Positions 62,908 to 64,000 of a stretch of DNA of 64,000 bases are shown here, one piece after another (positions within the stretch are counted from its first letter, which is position 1; each line of letters starts with the position of its first letter). The stretch is from the NCBI RefSeq assembly GCF_006345805.1, contig NC_042999.1, positions 64,046,001-64,110,000 on the forward strand, read 5' to 3'. The translations under genes were made by a program, and so were the position numbers. This DNA is from Octopus sinensis. Taxonomy: Eukaryota. The notes under the pieces were generated by a model, which did no database searches, was not told where the DNA came from, and saw only the letters and a list, made by a program, of their open reading frames with translations.

Positions 62908-63085
62908 ATTTAGTTCCAAGTCAGCTCTGATCTAGCAGACTTATAAACAAAAAGACTCCAATTATGACCATCCCGTCTTTTTGTTATGTGCAAGGAACCC
63001 AATATCACACAATCGAAAGGTAATCTTTTATCAAATGGTATGGTGGTATTTGAAAGAATGTGACTGCTATTTCTAGATCACGTGA
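62908..63085 (-). mobile_element. Old interspersed repeat family G (3' part)
   Basis: Motifs TAGAAATAGCAGYCAAAT and GACGGGATGGTCAT...GGGGCTAAACAACAAC recur near 45-90, 2800, 13960, 21200-21380, 27470, 40920, 42900-43060, 46590 and 49390. Confidence 0.6.
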
Positions 63086-64000
63086 CAACATAGGAGCTCA
63101 TTCATTGGCTCGTACGTTTGTAGTACTCGAATGTAGCTTTTACTTGCACTTTGTAGAGGGTCAACAACTGATCAGGTCCTGAAGTGCATGGCTGAGAAGT
63201 TAAGAGGTTCTCTTCTCAATGATGACGTTTGGCGTTCGGTCCCACTGCGTACTGCCTTTTAGTAAATGTCTTCTATTTTGCTTCAGATCGACCTAAGCTG
63301 TTTTTGTGAATGGAAACTATGTGGAAGCCCATCAGATGGACTGTAGCGGCAATTCGAAATAGCTTCACCTTGTCACCATATCAAACTGAATCTGTTCGAA
63401 AATTATGTTAGGAGCAAAAGTATCATTTTTATTGATTAGAAAGAGGAAGAAAGACAACGCTCATGACCTTTTGTAGGTCATCCGAGACTGATGATGAGAA
63501 AAAGGAAATCACAACTAATTTTGTCAATATGATAGGAAACAACTGCATCAAGATATCGAGTCGTCTTTTGATTTGCAGCTTTGAATGCTTGCAACAGAGT
63601 GAAATCTGTCAGAAGCACACGAGAGCTTTATCACTTGCAATACATTTTAATAAATAGGCACTTCAATAATAGTAGCAGTGGTGGTAGGGCGATCATGGTC
63701 GTCATGGCGATGGGATGGTGGCTGATAATGATGATAACGAGGAAGATATTTGAAGAAGACAACCTATTAAATATACGAGTATAAATATATTAAAAACCAC
63801 CCACTCACTCAAGTGCACACATACACACATACAAACACGTACATGCGATTTAAAAGCAATTCAATGCTAATTTGTAGTCTACTGTACATTTTTTATTAAT
63901 AACACAACATTCTGTCTTCTACAACATTTAATATTTTTGCCCTAATATGACTCAAGTCATGTGACAAAGTTTCTTTTTTATTATTTCACCTTTACAGCAC

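Overview
AT-rich, microsatellite-dense eukaryotic DNA. The SINE families and repeat density look like a coleoid cephalopod, probably Octopus (inference from pattern recognition; no search was run). There is no CRISPR array, no rRNA and no convincing tRNA gene. Almost all ORFs in the supplied track are translations of microsatellites or SINE bodies. About 25 kb is recognisable mobile DNA. It includes several tRNA-derived SINE families (labelled A-G here), fossil LINEs (RTE, R4/Dong-like, CR1/L2-like), mariner/maT ends, a complete non-autonomous Helitron, many foldback MITEs, and Penelope-like ends with hammerhead-type motifs. The one host-gene signal is a likely first coding exon at 34198-34288 (+): a signal peptide ending at a phase-1 GTAAGT donor. 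If it is real, the right half of the window is probably intron. The most interesting observations are: (1) a LINE 3' end and the dominant SINE share a tail whose stem-loop shows compensatory base changes; (2) a chain of elements is inserted into (TAA)n tracts, including an R4-type LINE and three copies of an element with one shared 3' end; (3) a tRNA-headed element carries a hammerhead ribozyme core; (4) perfect or near-perfect hairpins sit inside the putative intron.
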